In this document: piece by piece, positions 28,540-38,086 of the stretch
How positions within the stretch are numbered: the stretch's first letter is position 1
Layout: each line of letters opens with the position of its first letter
Origin: Candidatus Bathyarchaeota archaeon
GTDB lineage: Archaea; Thermoproteota; Bathyarchaeia; Bathyarchaeales; Bathycorpusculaceae
DNA: 64,000 bases
Direction: 5' to 3'
Assembly: GCA_963832745.1 (NCBI GenBank)
Contig: CAWHVC010000002.1
Span: 224,001-288,000, forward strand
Program-made: the position numbers and the translations under genes
The notes under the pieces: model-generated
Database searches by the model: none
What the model saw: the letters and a program-made list of their open reading frames with translations, nothing else
Told to the model about the DNA's origin: nothing

Positions 28540-29568
28540 TTAATGCTTATTTGGTTCAAGAATCACTTTGAGAGATTCGCCTGCGTTTGCCATAAGTCGG
28601 AAGCCTTCTTGAGCTTCACGCAGAGGCAGCCTGTGGGTTATCATGTCTTTCACGTTTAGTTTTTTGGTTGAAAGAATCGCTAAGGCTTCTTCAAGATCGT
28701 TGGGTGCTGCACCGTAACTTGTGCGAATCGTGATTTCATTTCTCCAAAACTGGTTAATCGGCAAAGAAATCTTCACTGTAGGATCAGGAACCGCAAAGAA
28801 CAAAATAGTGCCGCCTTTCTCAACACATTCAACCGCTGACGTCACGGCTGAGGTTGCTCCAGTGCAAACGATAACCTGGTCAGCTAATCGTCCATCATTT
28901 AAGGACTTTATTTTCTGTGACAAATTATCTCTTGCGTCAAGCGCAAAATCCGCACCAAACTGTACTGCAAGCTTCATACGGTACTCGTTAATGTCTGCAA
29001 CAATGACTTTTTTTGCACCCTTGAATTTCGCAAGTTGCGTATGCAAAATCCCTGAGATGCCGCTGCCGATAATCAGCACAACGTCGTCTTTTTGGATGTT
29101 TGCTATTCTTTGGCCTCGGGCTACACAAGCTAAGGGTTCAATAAATGTGCCTTCTTCAAAGCTCATGTCATCTGGCAGCTTGTAGACGCCGTATTGGACA
29201 TTGATTTTTGGAACTTTAATGTATTGGCTGAAGCCGCCGGGATAATAGTTTGTGTTGTGTAGGGTTTCGCAGGCTGTATGGTGTCCTTTTTGGCAGTGAA
29301 CGCAGACGTTGCAGGGTACATGGTGGGAAACGAAGACTCGGTCGCCGACTTTTAGGTTGCTAACTTTTTTGCCTACTTGGTCGATTACGCCAGTGGCTTC
29401 ATGACCCAGCACACGTGGAGCCTTAGGGAGACGGTACCATTCCAAAACGTCGCTTCCACATATGCCGCTTGCCATAACCTTCAGCAAAACCTCTTCTTCA
29501 CCGATTTCAGGCATCGGGAATTCTTCAACACGGACATCTTTGTTATTGTAATAAACAGCAACAAGCAT
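28540..29568 (-). CDS. Zinc-dependent alcohol/sugar dehydrogenase
   Basis: GICGSD, GHEATG, CxxCxxC structural Zn site, GSGISG. Confidence 0.92.
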   Translation of the reverse strand: MLVAVYYNNKDVRVEEFPMPEIGEEEVLLKVMASGICGSDVLEWYRLPKAPRVLGHEATGVIDQVGKKVSNLKVGDRVFVSHHVPCNVCVHCQKGHHTACETLHNTNYYPGGFSQYIKVPKINVQYGVYKLPDDMSFEEGTFIEPLACVARGQRIANIQKDDVVLIIGSGISGILHTQLAKFKGAKKVIVADINEYRMKLAVQFGADFALDARDNLSQKIKSLNDGRLADQVIVCTGATSAVTSAVECVEKGGTILFFAVPDPTVKISLPINQFWRNEITIRTSYGAAPNDLEEALAILSTKKLNVKDMITHRLPLREAQEGFRLMANAGESLKVILEPNKH

Positions 29569-29593
29569 ATAGTTCACCAAAGCAAAAGGGTGG

Positions 29594-30391
29594 TTAAGCT
29601 TTTCCAGCTATAACCTGATTGTAGAGGTCCTCAGCTTCCTGTGGTGTGAAGCTTTCATGAATTATTGCACGGATAGCTCTGATTGATGCAACTGGATGCT
29701 CTGTTTGCCAAATGTTTCTACCCAAATTAACGCCGATAGCGCCTTTCTGAATGCCATCATAAACGAAGTCAAAGACTTCTCTTTGAGTTTCAGTTTTAGG
29801 TCCACCAGCAATAACAATGGGGACTGGGCAGCCTTCAACAACTTTCTCAAAGTGTTCTTTACAGTAATAGGTTTTTACGACTCGAGCGCCAATTTCTGCT
29901 GCGATACGTGCTGCAAGGGCCAGGTATCTTGCTTCTCTTTTCTCAAGCTCTTTGCCAACCGCGCAAACTGCCATGACTGGAACGCCGTATTCCTCACAGT
30001 CGTCAACCAGTTTGGACAAATTCGTTAAGCTTTTGTTTTCGTATTTTGAGCCAACAAAAACTGACATGGAAACTGCGCTGGCGTTTAGCCTGATGATTTC
30101 TTGTATGCCGGTTACGATGCTTTCGTTTGCAAGGTCTTCTCCTACTACTGAGACTGCGCCTGAAACCCTCATGATGTAAGGTTTTTCGATGGCTGGGTCC
30201 ACACAGTTGCGTAACACGCCACGTGTTAGCATCAAGGCGTCTGCATATTGATAAATTGGTTTTATGGTTTCTGCTGGCTTTTCAAGGCAGTGAGTTGGGC
30301 CTTGGAAGTATCCATGGTCGATTGGTAAAAAGAGGGCTTTTCCGTCTTTCTGGATGAGCTTGTTTAATCTGTTTTGCATACCCCATTCCAT
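29594..30391 (-). CDS. lsrF: LsrF-like class I aldolase/thiolase
   Basis: MEWGMQNRL, DHGYFQGP, VVKTYYC, VIAGGPK, GRNIWQ. Confidence 0.85.
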   Translation of the reverse strand: MEWGMQNRLNKLIQKDGKALFLPIDHGYFQGPTHCLEKPAETIKPIYQYADALMLTRGVLRNCVDPAIEKPYIMRVSGAVSVVGEDLANESIVTGIQEIIRLNASAVSMSVFVGSKYENKSLTNLSKLVDDCEEYGVPVMAVCAVGKELEKREARYLALAARIAAEIGARVVKTYYCKEHFEKVVEGCPVPIVIAGGPKTETQREVFDFVYDGIQKGAIGVNLGRNIWQTEHPVASIRAIRAIIHESFTPQEAEDLYNQVIAGKA

Positions 30392-30510
30392 AATGAATTC
30401 TCCGTTAGACTGCTTTCTTGTTTTAACTGTATAATAAGTTTAGTGATAAATCACGCACTGGTTAAAGATGACAAAACAGGGTTAAGAAGAGAAATTTGTT
30501 TAAAAAAGTG

Positions 30511-30990
30511 CTAATTGTTTTTTTTAGCGGGCTTTTTGTCTGTCGATTCTAACTCTTTTATGCGTGTTTCAATAAATTCAACAACATTTTCTTCGCAGGA
30601 CAGCTTCTCTTCTTTCTGTTTTTGCAGTTGGTCTTTGATAGTGTTAAGAATTTTTTCTACATCAAAAGGCTTCATTACGTAAGCGTTTGCTCCATTGTTA
30701 ACGGCGCTGATGGCGTTTTGCAAAGTTGGGTAACCTGTTACGATGATTTTGCGCATTTTAGGTTTAGTTGAACGTAACTTTGGCAATAATTCAATTCCTT
30801 CCATGTCAGGCAGGCGAACGTCGACTAATGCAATGTTGAAAAAGGCGTTTTCGCTTTTTTCTATACCTCTTGTCGCTGTATCGGCGCATTCAACGTTGTA
30901 GCCTTCATCTGTAAGTATAGTTTCAAGAACACGACGTATGTTTTCATCATCATCGATAATGAGAATTCTTGCATTTTCAGGCATTTTCAC
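30511..30990 (-). CDS. Response regulator receiver protein
   Basis: ILIIDDD, LVDVRLPDMEG, TGYP, KPFD. Confidence 0.92.
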   Translation of the reverse strand: MKMPENARILIIDDDENIRRVLETILTDEGYNVECADTATRGIEKSENAFFNIALVDVRLPDMEGIELLPKLRSTKPKMRKIIVTGYPTLQNAISAVNNGANAYVMKPFDVEKILNTIKDQLQKQKEEKLSCEENVVEFIETRIKELESTDKKPAKKNN

Positions 30991-31125
30991 ATTTCACCTC
31001 CAAGGTTAACACGTTGGCTGATTGTTAGTGCACGTTTTACACTGACAACCTTCATTACTTCCTAAACGTTAACTCCTTTTGATAAAGCCTTTATGAACCT
31101 TTAATCTGAATTGTCAAGTATTATT

Positions 31126-31533
31126 TTACTCGGGCTGTTTCATGTAAGCTTGTTTCATTTCTTTTATATAGCCAACAAAACAAACTTGACCCGTGTCTAC
31201 GGTTATTGAGCTGCCAACTTTTAGATACAAATTTTTCATTATTAAAATTTCAAGAAACCGTGCACCTGAACCAAAAATCTGCTCCATTGCTTCTTGAAAC
31301 TTTGTTAGCCTACTTGGAATTTGATTTCTTTTTAGGCAAAATTTTTCTTCGAGGTGAAAATAAATAGATTTTTTCACGGATTCACCTAAACTGAAAAATG
31401 CGTTGTCAATAGATGATAGCAAGAGTTCATCAAATTCTTTGGCTTTGGGTGTTTGTTGGTTTGTTCCTCGAGCGGTTGGCATTGTATTAAGTATATACTT
31501 TTTATTTGCTTTTAAATGTACTTCCCTGTTCAA
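31126..31533 (-). CDS. DUF3227-like archaeal signalling-associated protein
   Basis: IDNAFFSLGESVKKSIYFHLE...FQEAMEQIFGSGARFLEILI. Confidence 0.7.
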   Translation of the reverse strand: MNREVHLKANKKYILNTMPTARGTNQQTPKAKEFDELLLSSIDNAFFSLGESVKKSIYFHLEEKFCLKRNQIPSRLTKFQEAMEQIFGSGARFLEILIMKNLYLKVGSSITVDTGQVCFVGYIKEMKQAYMKQPE

Positions 31534-31564
31534 CTTTCAGGTTACTTCTGTATGTTTAAAAACT

Positions 31565-31768
31565 TCACTTTTCAGGAAAACAATTGCCAACGTCAGAGCG
31601 TCTCTTCTTGTGTAAAGCCTCAGTCATCAAACTTACCTCTTTAACATAGTCCATCAAAGCCAACCGCAACGCTTCACTTTCGCTAGTTCCCAACCGAGTA
31701 GCCAACTCAACAAGTATCTCACGCTGCTCCCGACTTAACACCACTTTAACCACGACTTTTCTAGCCAT
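31565..31768 (-). CDS. Small ribbon-helix-helix protein
   Basis: VVVKVVLS...LATRLGTSESEALRLALMDY. Confidence 0.75.
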   Translation of the reverse strand: MARKVVVKVVLSREQREILVELATRLGTSESEALRLALMDYVKEVSLMTEALHKKRRSDVGNCFPEK

Positions 31769-32042
31769 TACATTTCACACTTTTTCCTTAAATCAACCCA
31801 CAGGAAGGTCCCATGCAGGCCCTTGCGCAGTCATACAGGTTGTACCATTCAACTTTTTGGTTTCCAAGTATATTAGTGAAGTATCAGAAATGTGAGGTCA
31901 AACACAAAATGCCTTGGGAAACAACCGAAAAATGCCTCAAAAGCGGGTACAAACCAGTTGAAAACTTTCAACAAGATGGCGTTTACACCAATCATTTTCC
32001 CATAATTTTTAGCACATTAAAAACTGTAGAGGTTGTTTGTAC

Positions 32043-32282
32043 ATGAGACGATTAAACGATAGAATGGATTTAGCCAAAACCGTACTAAAAGAGCTTAACA
32101 GAGAGCAGCTTTCACGCACTGAACTTGAAAACCGAACCGTCCGCAAAAGAGGCACACACGCCACCTTTGAAGGCATATTTCGGTACTTAGTTCAAGGAGG
32201 CTACATAGAAAAAAGCGAACAAAAACACCGTTCAAACTACAAAGTAACCGAAAAAGGCGCCAAACTTTTGGAGGCCATCTAA
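32043..32282 (+). CDS. Small winged-helix DNA-binding protein
   Basis: LSRTELE...FRYLVQGGYIEK...YKVTEKGAKLL; GAGGT RBS. Confidence 0.75.
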   Translation: MRRLNDRMDLAKTVLKELNREQLSRTELENRTVRKRGTHATFEGIFRYLVQGGYIEKSEQKHRSNYKVTEKGAKLLEAI

Positions 32283-32604
32283 AATGATCCCTATATTGCA
32301 AAAGTTTCTTGAAGCTTTTTCGCCAAAACGTCCCGCTCTCACTTTTCGTTACAATCGCTTTGGCGGCTACGCAAAAGCACTACTTTCAAGCTTCAAAGAC
32401 ATTGCTGAAAGTTTTGCTCTTAAAATTACTGTAATTGGCTACGGTTCAGCACCTATTTTGGCCAATCAAAAAATTAAAATAGCACTTGAAAAAATTTGCC
32501 TGTTTTTTTACTTTTTTTCCTGTTTTTCTGACCATTTTGAGGGAGTTATTTTTATAATTGAATCACAGTATGGTTCAGACGAAAGAGACGAGGGATCCAT
32601 TTAG

Positions 32605-33291
32605 TTGACAGTAATAGTTGACGACGCCGGCAGCGGAGACTTGCTTTTTGGCGTTGTAGTCGGCGCTTACCGTGAAGAAACAGGCGATTTCAAATACGAC
32701 CTCATCGATGTACGGTTCTATCAGGAGAACTTTAAAGAAAAAGAGTACCTTCAAGAATCCTCACGGGTTGTTTCAAAACTCGTAACCGGCTTTAACCTTG
32801 CACCAGACGAAGAAATCCACATTTGCCAAGGATGCATTTTCGACGTAGCCGCAGAAGAACTCCGTAAAATTTACGGTGAAGACCGAGTAAAACGTATCCG
32901 GGTCGAAGGCGAAGCTCAACGCTTAATCGAAATAGCCTATTTGGATGAAATCCGTAATTTGGGTTATGAACCATTGGCTGAACGTGAAGAGAAACGGGGT
33001 AAAAGCTTCTTTCATATGATGCGTTGGCTAAAAGATAACCCCGAAATGCTCCGGTACGCGAAAACTGGCTGGCCTAAACTGAAAAATTATCAGTTATTCC
33101 GGAAATTCCACATTCCAACTGAACCTGTTCAGGTGTATAAGGCGGTTTGCGCTGAATGCGGTGTTGAATGTGAAGTGCCTTTTCAACCGAAAACCGATAA
33201 ACCGGTCTACTGCAAAAAATGTTGGTCCCACCACAAACCCCGTAAAAACAACCGCTACAAAAAGAGTAAAACGGTAAAAAATAAAAATTAG
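32605..33291 (+). CDS. RNase H-like fold protein with a C-terminal CxxC-x17-CxxC zinc ribbon
   Basis: VIVDDAGSGDLLFGVVVG resembles the RNase HII first motif; CAECGVECEVPFQPKTDKPVYCKKC. Confidence 0.7.
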   Translation: MTVIVDDAGSGDLLFGVVVGAYREETGDFKYDLIDVRFYQENFKEKEYLQESSRVVSKLVTGFNLAPDEEIHICQGCIFDVAAEELRKIYGEDRVKRIRVEGEAQRLIEIAYLDEIRNLGYEPLAEREEKRGKSFFHMMRWLKDNPEMLRYAKTGWPKLKNYQLFRKFHIPTEPVQVYKAVCAECGVECEVPFQPKTDKPVYCKKCWSHHKPRKNNRYKKSKTVKNKN

Positions 33292-33300
33292 GTAAAAAAA

Positions 33301-33612
33301 ATGAATGTATTTTTTGATTTTAATTCAAGCTGGTATGTGCTTTTGTTTGCTTTTCTTGGCGCATGGGCACTGCTAATGTTTGTACGGAAACGATGGACTA
33401 AGCATGAAGTGAAAGAGCAAATGTTTCTGGCTTTGGGCGGCATGACGGCTCTGGGACTTATGGAATTCTTCGCCGTATCCACCGGCCTATGGAATTACAC
33501 ACCCGGCAACTGGCCAGTCATCCTATGGCCCACCTACTTCGCAGCAATACTATTCGGATACCAACTACTGAGATCAATAGAAGGACTACTACTAAACAGG
33601 CGCATACTATAG
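33301..33612 (+). CDS. Small three-TM membrane protein
   Basis: Hydrophobic helices, MEFFAVSTGLWNY. Confidence 0.7.
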   Translation: MNVFFDFNSSWYVLLFAFLGAWALLMFVRKRWTKHEVKEQMFLALGGMTALGLMEFFAVSTGLWNYTPGNWPVILWPTYFAAILFGYQLLRSIEGLLLNRRIL

Positions 33613-33828
33613 ATAAAGTTTATAGCTGCCTGAAACTTTTTTTCGAACTAATGCAGCATAAACAACTTTTAGTTAAATCTTCTTATTCTATATGTAAAAC
33701 AGAGTGTGTAAGATTATGTTGTTCTTTTACGTTTGTCTGCCTTTGGCTTATGTGGCAGCTTGTGTACCATAAGTATTTTTGTTTGCTTGTTATCCGACCA
33801 ATTTCTTAAGTGTATAAAGAAATAAACC

Positions 33829-34131
33829 CTATCCATTGTTGCTTCTTAAATTAAGAGACTGTTGTTTACTTATTTTGATATTTTTGTTTTTTAACGCTAC
33901 AACGGCAACTGCAAGTACAGCTATGACTGCCACAACTGAAGCCAGTATTATATACGTTAAAACGTTATCAGTTTTTGGAATTAGTGAGTATGGGTCAGGG
34001 GTTGCTTGAGGGTTCTTTTCAGTCAAGTAAGGCTTAAAGTTTAACGTTCCCAAAGTGAACTCGTACTTGTCATCAAAAAGAGATTTGCTGATTGTTTCTT
34101 CGTTTGTTGTTTCCCACCAATTTAGTTTCAT
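33829..34131 (-). pseudogene. C-terminal fragment of a TM-anchored surface protein
   Basis: LNFKPYLTE...TPDPYS followed by TM and a basic tail; no signal peptide; upstream frame broken. Confidence 0.5.
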
Positions 34132-34399
34132 CCCAATCTTTGCTTGAAGGCATAACCGAATTTCGCCACCAATAAGTTAAACCTGCTCATTGACACTGCC
34201 TTTTGCATTTAAAGTAACCATCAACCTGCAAAAAGTTTTGTTCCTTCGTTATTAAGATTTTGAAAAAGTATTTTGTAAAGTTAAACAAATGTTTAATGTT
34301 AAAAAGATGGTGGGATCATGGTAACGTCGAACTGATCAACAAGTCCTTTTACAAAGTTCTGCAGTAAGTTCAAGCAATGCTCAAATTTGGGGCAGCCTC

Positions 34400-34635
34400 A
34401 GTTTTCAAGCTGGTGGTAGTGGTTTCACGTCAGCGCCAAGCGTTACAATAACTGGTAACTGTTCAGGTGCAACTGCTGTATCTAAACTGAAAGTTTAACG
34501 AATAAACGTTTTATATGGTGGTCAGGTGCAAGTCTTCAGGCTAAAATGTCAGTTTGGAAAATCAATATTACCAATTCTGGATCAGGTTACACTTCTAATC
34601 CTAATGTTACAATTGATTCTCCAACAGGTCCATAG
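34400..34635 (+). pseudogene. Degraded GSG(Y/F)TS.P.VTI-repeat structural protein fragment
   Basis: Hand translation gives AGGSGFTSAPSVTITGNCSGATAVSKLKV* and, in a second frame, SGASLQAKMSVWKINITNSGSGYTSNPNVTIDSPTGP*. Confidence 0.6.
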
Positions 34636-34813
34636 CTGTCCGAAATTGGGCAGATGCTTACTCAAAATTAAAACCAGATGGCTCTGTTGACGTGAGTTGA
34701 CAGGGTGCAATAAATCTAAACTATGGATTATCTGGTAAACCCATATTATCATCACCGCCAAGTATTCAACTATTTGCTTCCGAAACGCCGTATCCATCAC
34801 ATCAGGAAATACT

Positions 34814-34996
34814 TTGCCACCAAACTCTGAGAGAAGTCCAAACATACAAAGTGTTTGTGCTGACTGTGGTAGCGAATGCGAAATACCTTTCCAACCAAAA
34901 ACTGACAAACCAGTATACTGCCAAAAATGCTGGACCAATCACAAACCACAAAAAAACAGCCGCCACAAAAAAAGAAAAACGATAAAAAAAATTTAG
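34814..34996 (+). pseudogene. Second copy of the CxxC-x17-CxxC zinc ribbon
   Basis: VCADCGSECEIPFQPKTDKPVYCQKCWTNHKP, close to the C-terminus of 32605..33291; the preceding EVQTYK lies in another frame. Confidence 0.6.
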
Positions 34997-35319
34997 TCTA
35001 TATCAGAGATAGTTATCTCTTTTTGCCTCACTCTGACGTAAAGGTGTTGGCAAACGATTGTTAGCCCTCTATATGAGTAAAGGGTATGCAAGTAAATAGA
35101 GATTTTTGTCTTTATACAATGCCTAAGTATTGTAAGAATAATTCATAGGGTTAACAGTCCTTTTTGATATCTGGTTTAACAGATGATATCTAACCTGTGT
35201 TTTTATGCTTGTAACACACCTAACTGCTTTTTCTTAAGCTTTTTATGTTTGAGGGTCTTTTGAATAAGCCTTATTAGCATGTATAGGTCGGTTTTTAATT
35301 GTGGATGCTCGGAGGATTA

Positions 35320-36004
35320 TGATGGCTAAAATTCGAAAGTTTGGCTTGGTTTTAGTGGGGATTTTACTTGCCAGTGGTTTATTGCTGTCATTTAATGTTC
35401 ATGCCGAGCCTTCAGTTGACCCGCCGCCTTTCCCAACTTTTACCGTTAGTCTGGTGGACTTCTCCTATGATGTACCAGTCTGTAACAAACCCTTATAACG
35501 GCAATATTACGACTCCAGACTCATAATGTTACAGAATATCAGTTAGAGCTCAAAATTAAAAATGTTCATGTTCCCTACAAGGAAGTATACTATAACATAC
35601 AAACCAAAGGTTTCTATGAGGATATATGGACAAGCCACTCACGAAATAGGGCATCTGATTCAGAGTACACTATGGTTCACCTTTCTGCAGAGTATAGTGT
35701 TGGTGATAAAATAGATATTCAAGTGCAGACGGAAATTGTGTACCAATATGAACAAGCTCCAATCTTGCCTAATCATGATTCGACCTTTTTAACTGGCTAC
35801 CAAAAAGGCAGTTGGAGCCCAACTCAAACTTTCACAATGCCAGACACATCCACGCCATCATCGACTCCAACATTTAGCGCCCCAGAATTTACCGCACTTA
35901 TAACAAATCCATTGGCAATCAGCATTATAGTCTTAACAATAGGCTTTATATTTGTAGCATTTGTGTTAAAGAAAAAAACAACCTCTAATTTCCACAAAAG
36001 CTAA
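35320..36004 (+). pseudogene. Secreted TM-anchored protein broken by frameshifts
   Basis: Signal peptide and PTFTVSLVDFSYDVP, then out-of-frame TNPYNG / LELKIKN / YYNIQTKG segments joining the 35672 ORF with its C-terminal TM. Confidence 0.7.
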
Positions 36005-36415
36005 CCTGATTAAACTGAGTTTTATTTGTCGTATCTTAAAAACATGAATGAAAAAGACCTCGCTAAACTGCTTGGGCACCAATATGTTGATTATAGAAGA
36101 ACTCACAAATTGTCACCAATTTACTAAATATTAAACAGAACCTTACTGTTATAAGATCACGGCATAATGCAATTTTAATATTTTGAAATTATTGTCATTA
36201 TTAAATTGTTGTTAGTAAATAATACATTTTATTATGCAAAATAGTATAAATTGTGCGATAACTTCTCGTTTTCTGATAAATATGACAAAATTATTAAAAC
36301 AATCAGTCAGAAGCTTTTTGAGAACAAAAGCACTAAAAACTGCGCGAACAGTCTTTTTCAAAAAAACCACATTTTCACATAACCTTTCGAGTACCAATTA
36401 TGAGGTGAAAAATCA

Positions 36416-38011
36416 ATGACATGTTACAGAAGATCACACATTATACAGCAGCGAGCAGGCGCTGGTACAGGTTACCAAATCAAAATTATTGTTCACAGTG
36501 GAAACGGAACCACTCAGAACGGAACCAACGAGCTATGGTGTAATAACCATTGTAAAAACGATTTTAGTGATATTAGATTCACTGCAAGCGATGGCTATAC
36601 ACCGTTACCTTTTTGGTGTGAAAGTCTAACCCAAGCAGACCAAGCTGTTTTTTGGGTTAAAATTCTTGATGATCTCAGTAGCGCGAACAGCACAATTTGG
36701 GTTTATTACACTCTCAATTATGATGCTACATATACCCCTTATCCATCAGCAAACAATGGTAAAGAAACTTTTCTATTTTTTGACGATTTCGCAGGATACC
36801 TAGATCCTTTGAAATGGAACACTTGGAAGGAAGGCGGTACGGGGGGCGGTACCGAGGTTAATCAAAGTGAATTGCGTGTAACCGGTGTCTCAAATTGGCA
36901 AAAAGTCGGTTCTAAAGTCATGTGGGGTTACCCAGTAGCTTTCCGTTATAAAGGTCGATTTAGTGAAGCAGGTTATTGCCAGATAGGTGCAGATGATGGT
37001 ACAGCAAGCAGTACTGGTGATGGATATAATGGGGTGGATCAAGCAGCCTTTAGTTATGGGAATAGCACGAAATCATATCGGTTTTCTAGACAAGGTGGCT
37101 ATACTACGATTTCAAGAACGTCTAATTTAAGCTCAAACACAACACTGGAAATTTGCAGACTCAAGAAATAGATACCGCAGACCCCTAAAAAAATCTACTT
37201 CTATGAAAATAATGTCCTTAAGGCATCGAATCAGAGTAGTGGTGTTCCGCTTAATGATCAAGGTCTCTATTTTGCGGCATATGGGTCAGATGTGTATCTT
37301 GATTGGTGTTTAGTTCGCAAGTTTGTTGACCCTGAGCCTGCTCATGGAGACTGGACAGGCGAAGATGTTGGGACAGATCAACCGGTTACAGGTAATTTGT
37401 TAGTGGCAGGAACAGCAGTAATAAATGGTCCCATCACAACAGGTCACGCAACACTTACTGGTTGTATGCAAAGTAATGAACATTGGGATAGCTTAGGATG
37501 GAACGATTTTTTGGACGCTATGAAATATCACAGGTTTTCTAATACAGTAGGCAAAATTCGTTTCCATGATTTAGCTGGTAGTGGTGATGTAGATCTTCAT
37601 GGTGCCTCGTTGGGTGATCCTATATTGGTTTGTACTCAACATTTCGCTGTAGAAAAAGACTTGTTAGCCACTGGAATGTTAAACAGTATTGAAGGAGAAT
37701 TATGCCTTAATGCAGGCAAATACGCTCCAAATTGGGCATGGGAAATCGTCAGCACTCATACACCTCTTACAACGGGTGAAACTACTACAACAAAGAACCC
37801 TTTCATTTGGCTAGCACAAGGTGGAATCTTTGGAAATTATAACACTTTGGAAATAAGAGTAACTGGAGACGCTAATGGAAACTGGAACTGGGGAAATTTT
37901 GCATGTGGAGACATAACAAGTTACGGAAACCTGCAAGTAAACTCGATAGTATTACCTACAAATCGTGCATCGCCTGCTGATGGTGAAATCTGGTTATACT
38001 CTGGAGCGTAA
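36416..38011 (+). pseudogene. DUF2341-type adhesin/virion fibre-like protein A, single in-frame TAG at 37169-37171
   Basis: GAGGTG RBS; YRRSH..GAGTGYQIKI..DFSDIRFT..FWVKI..NGKETFLFFDDF. The frame stays open for 40 codons past the TAG into the 37292 ORF (LDWCLVRKFVDPEPAHGDW...SPADGEIW). Confidence 0.75.
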
Positions 38012-38086
38012 CAAAATGTCAAATGACTTACTTAATGGAGAGTTTTTTTCTTCTCTCTTTTTTTATCAAAACAACTGTGAAATGAG

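Noticed and set aside
32284-32604. 106-aa ORF between the wHTH and RNase H-like genes
   Set aside because: No motif, and it runs through T-rich promoter-like sequence; probably spurious.
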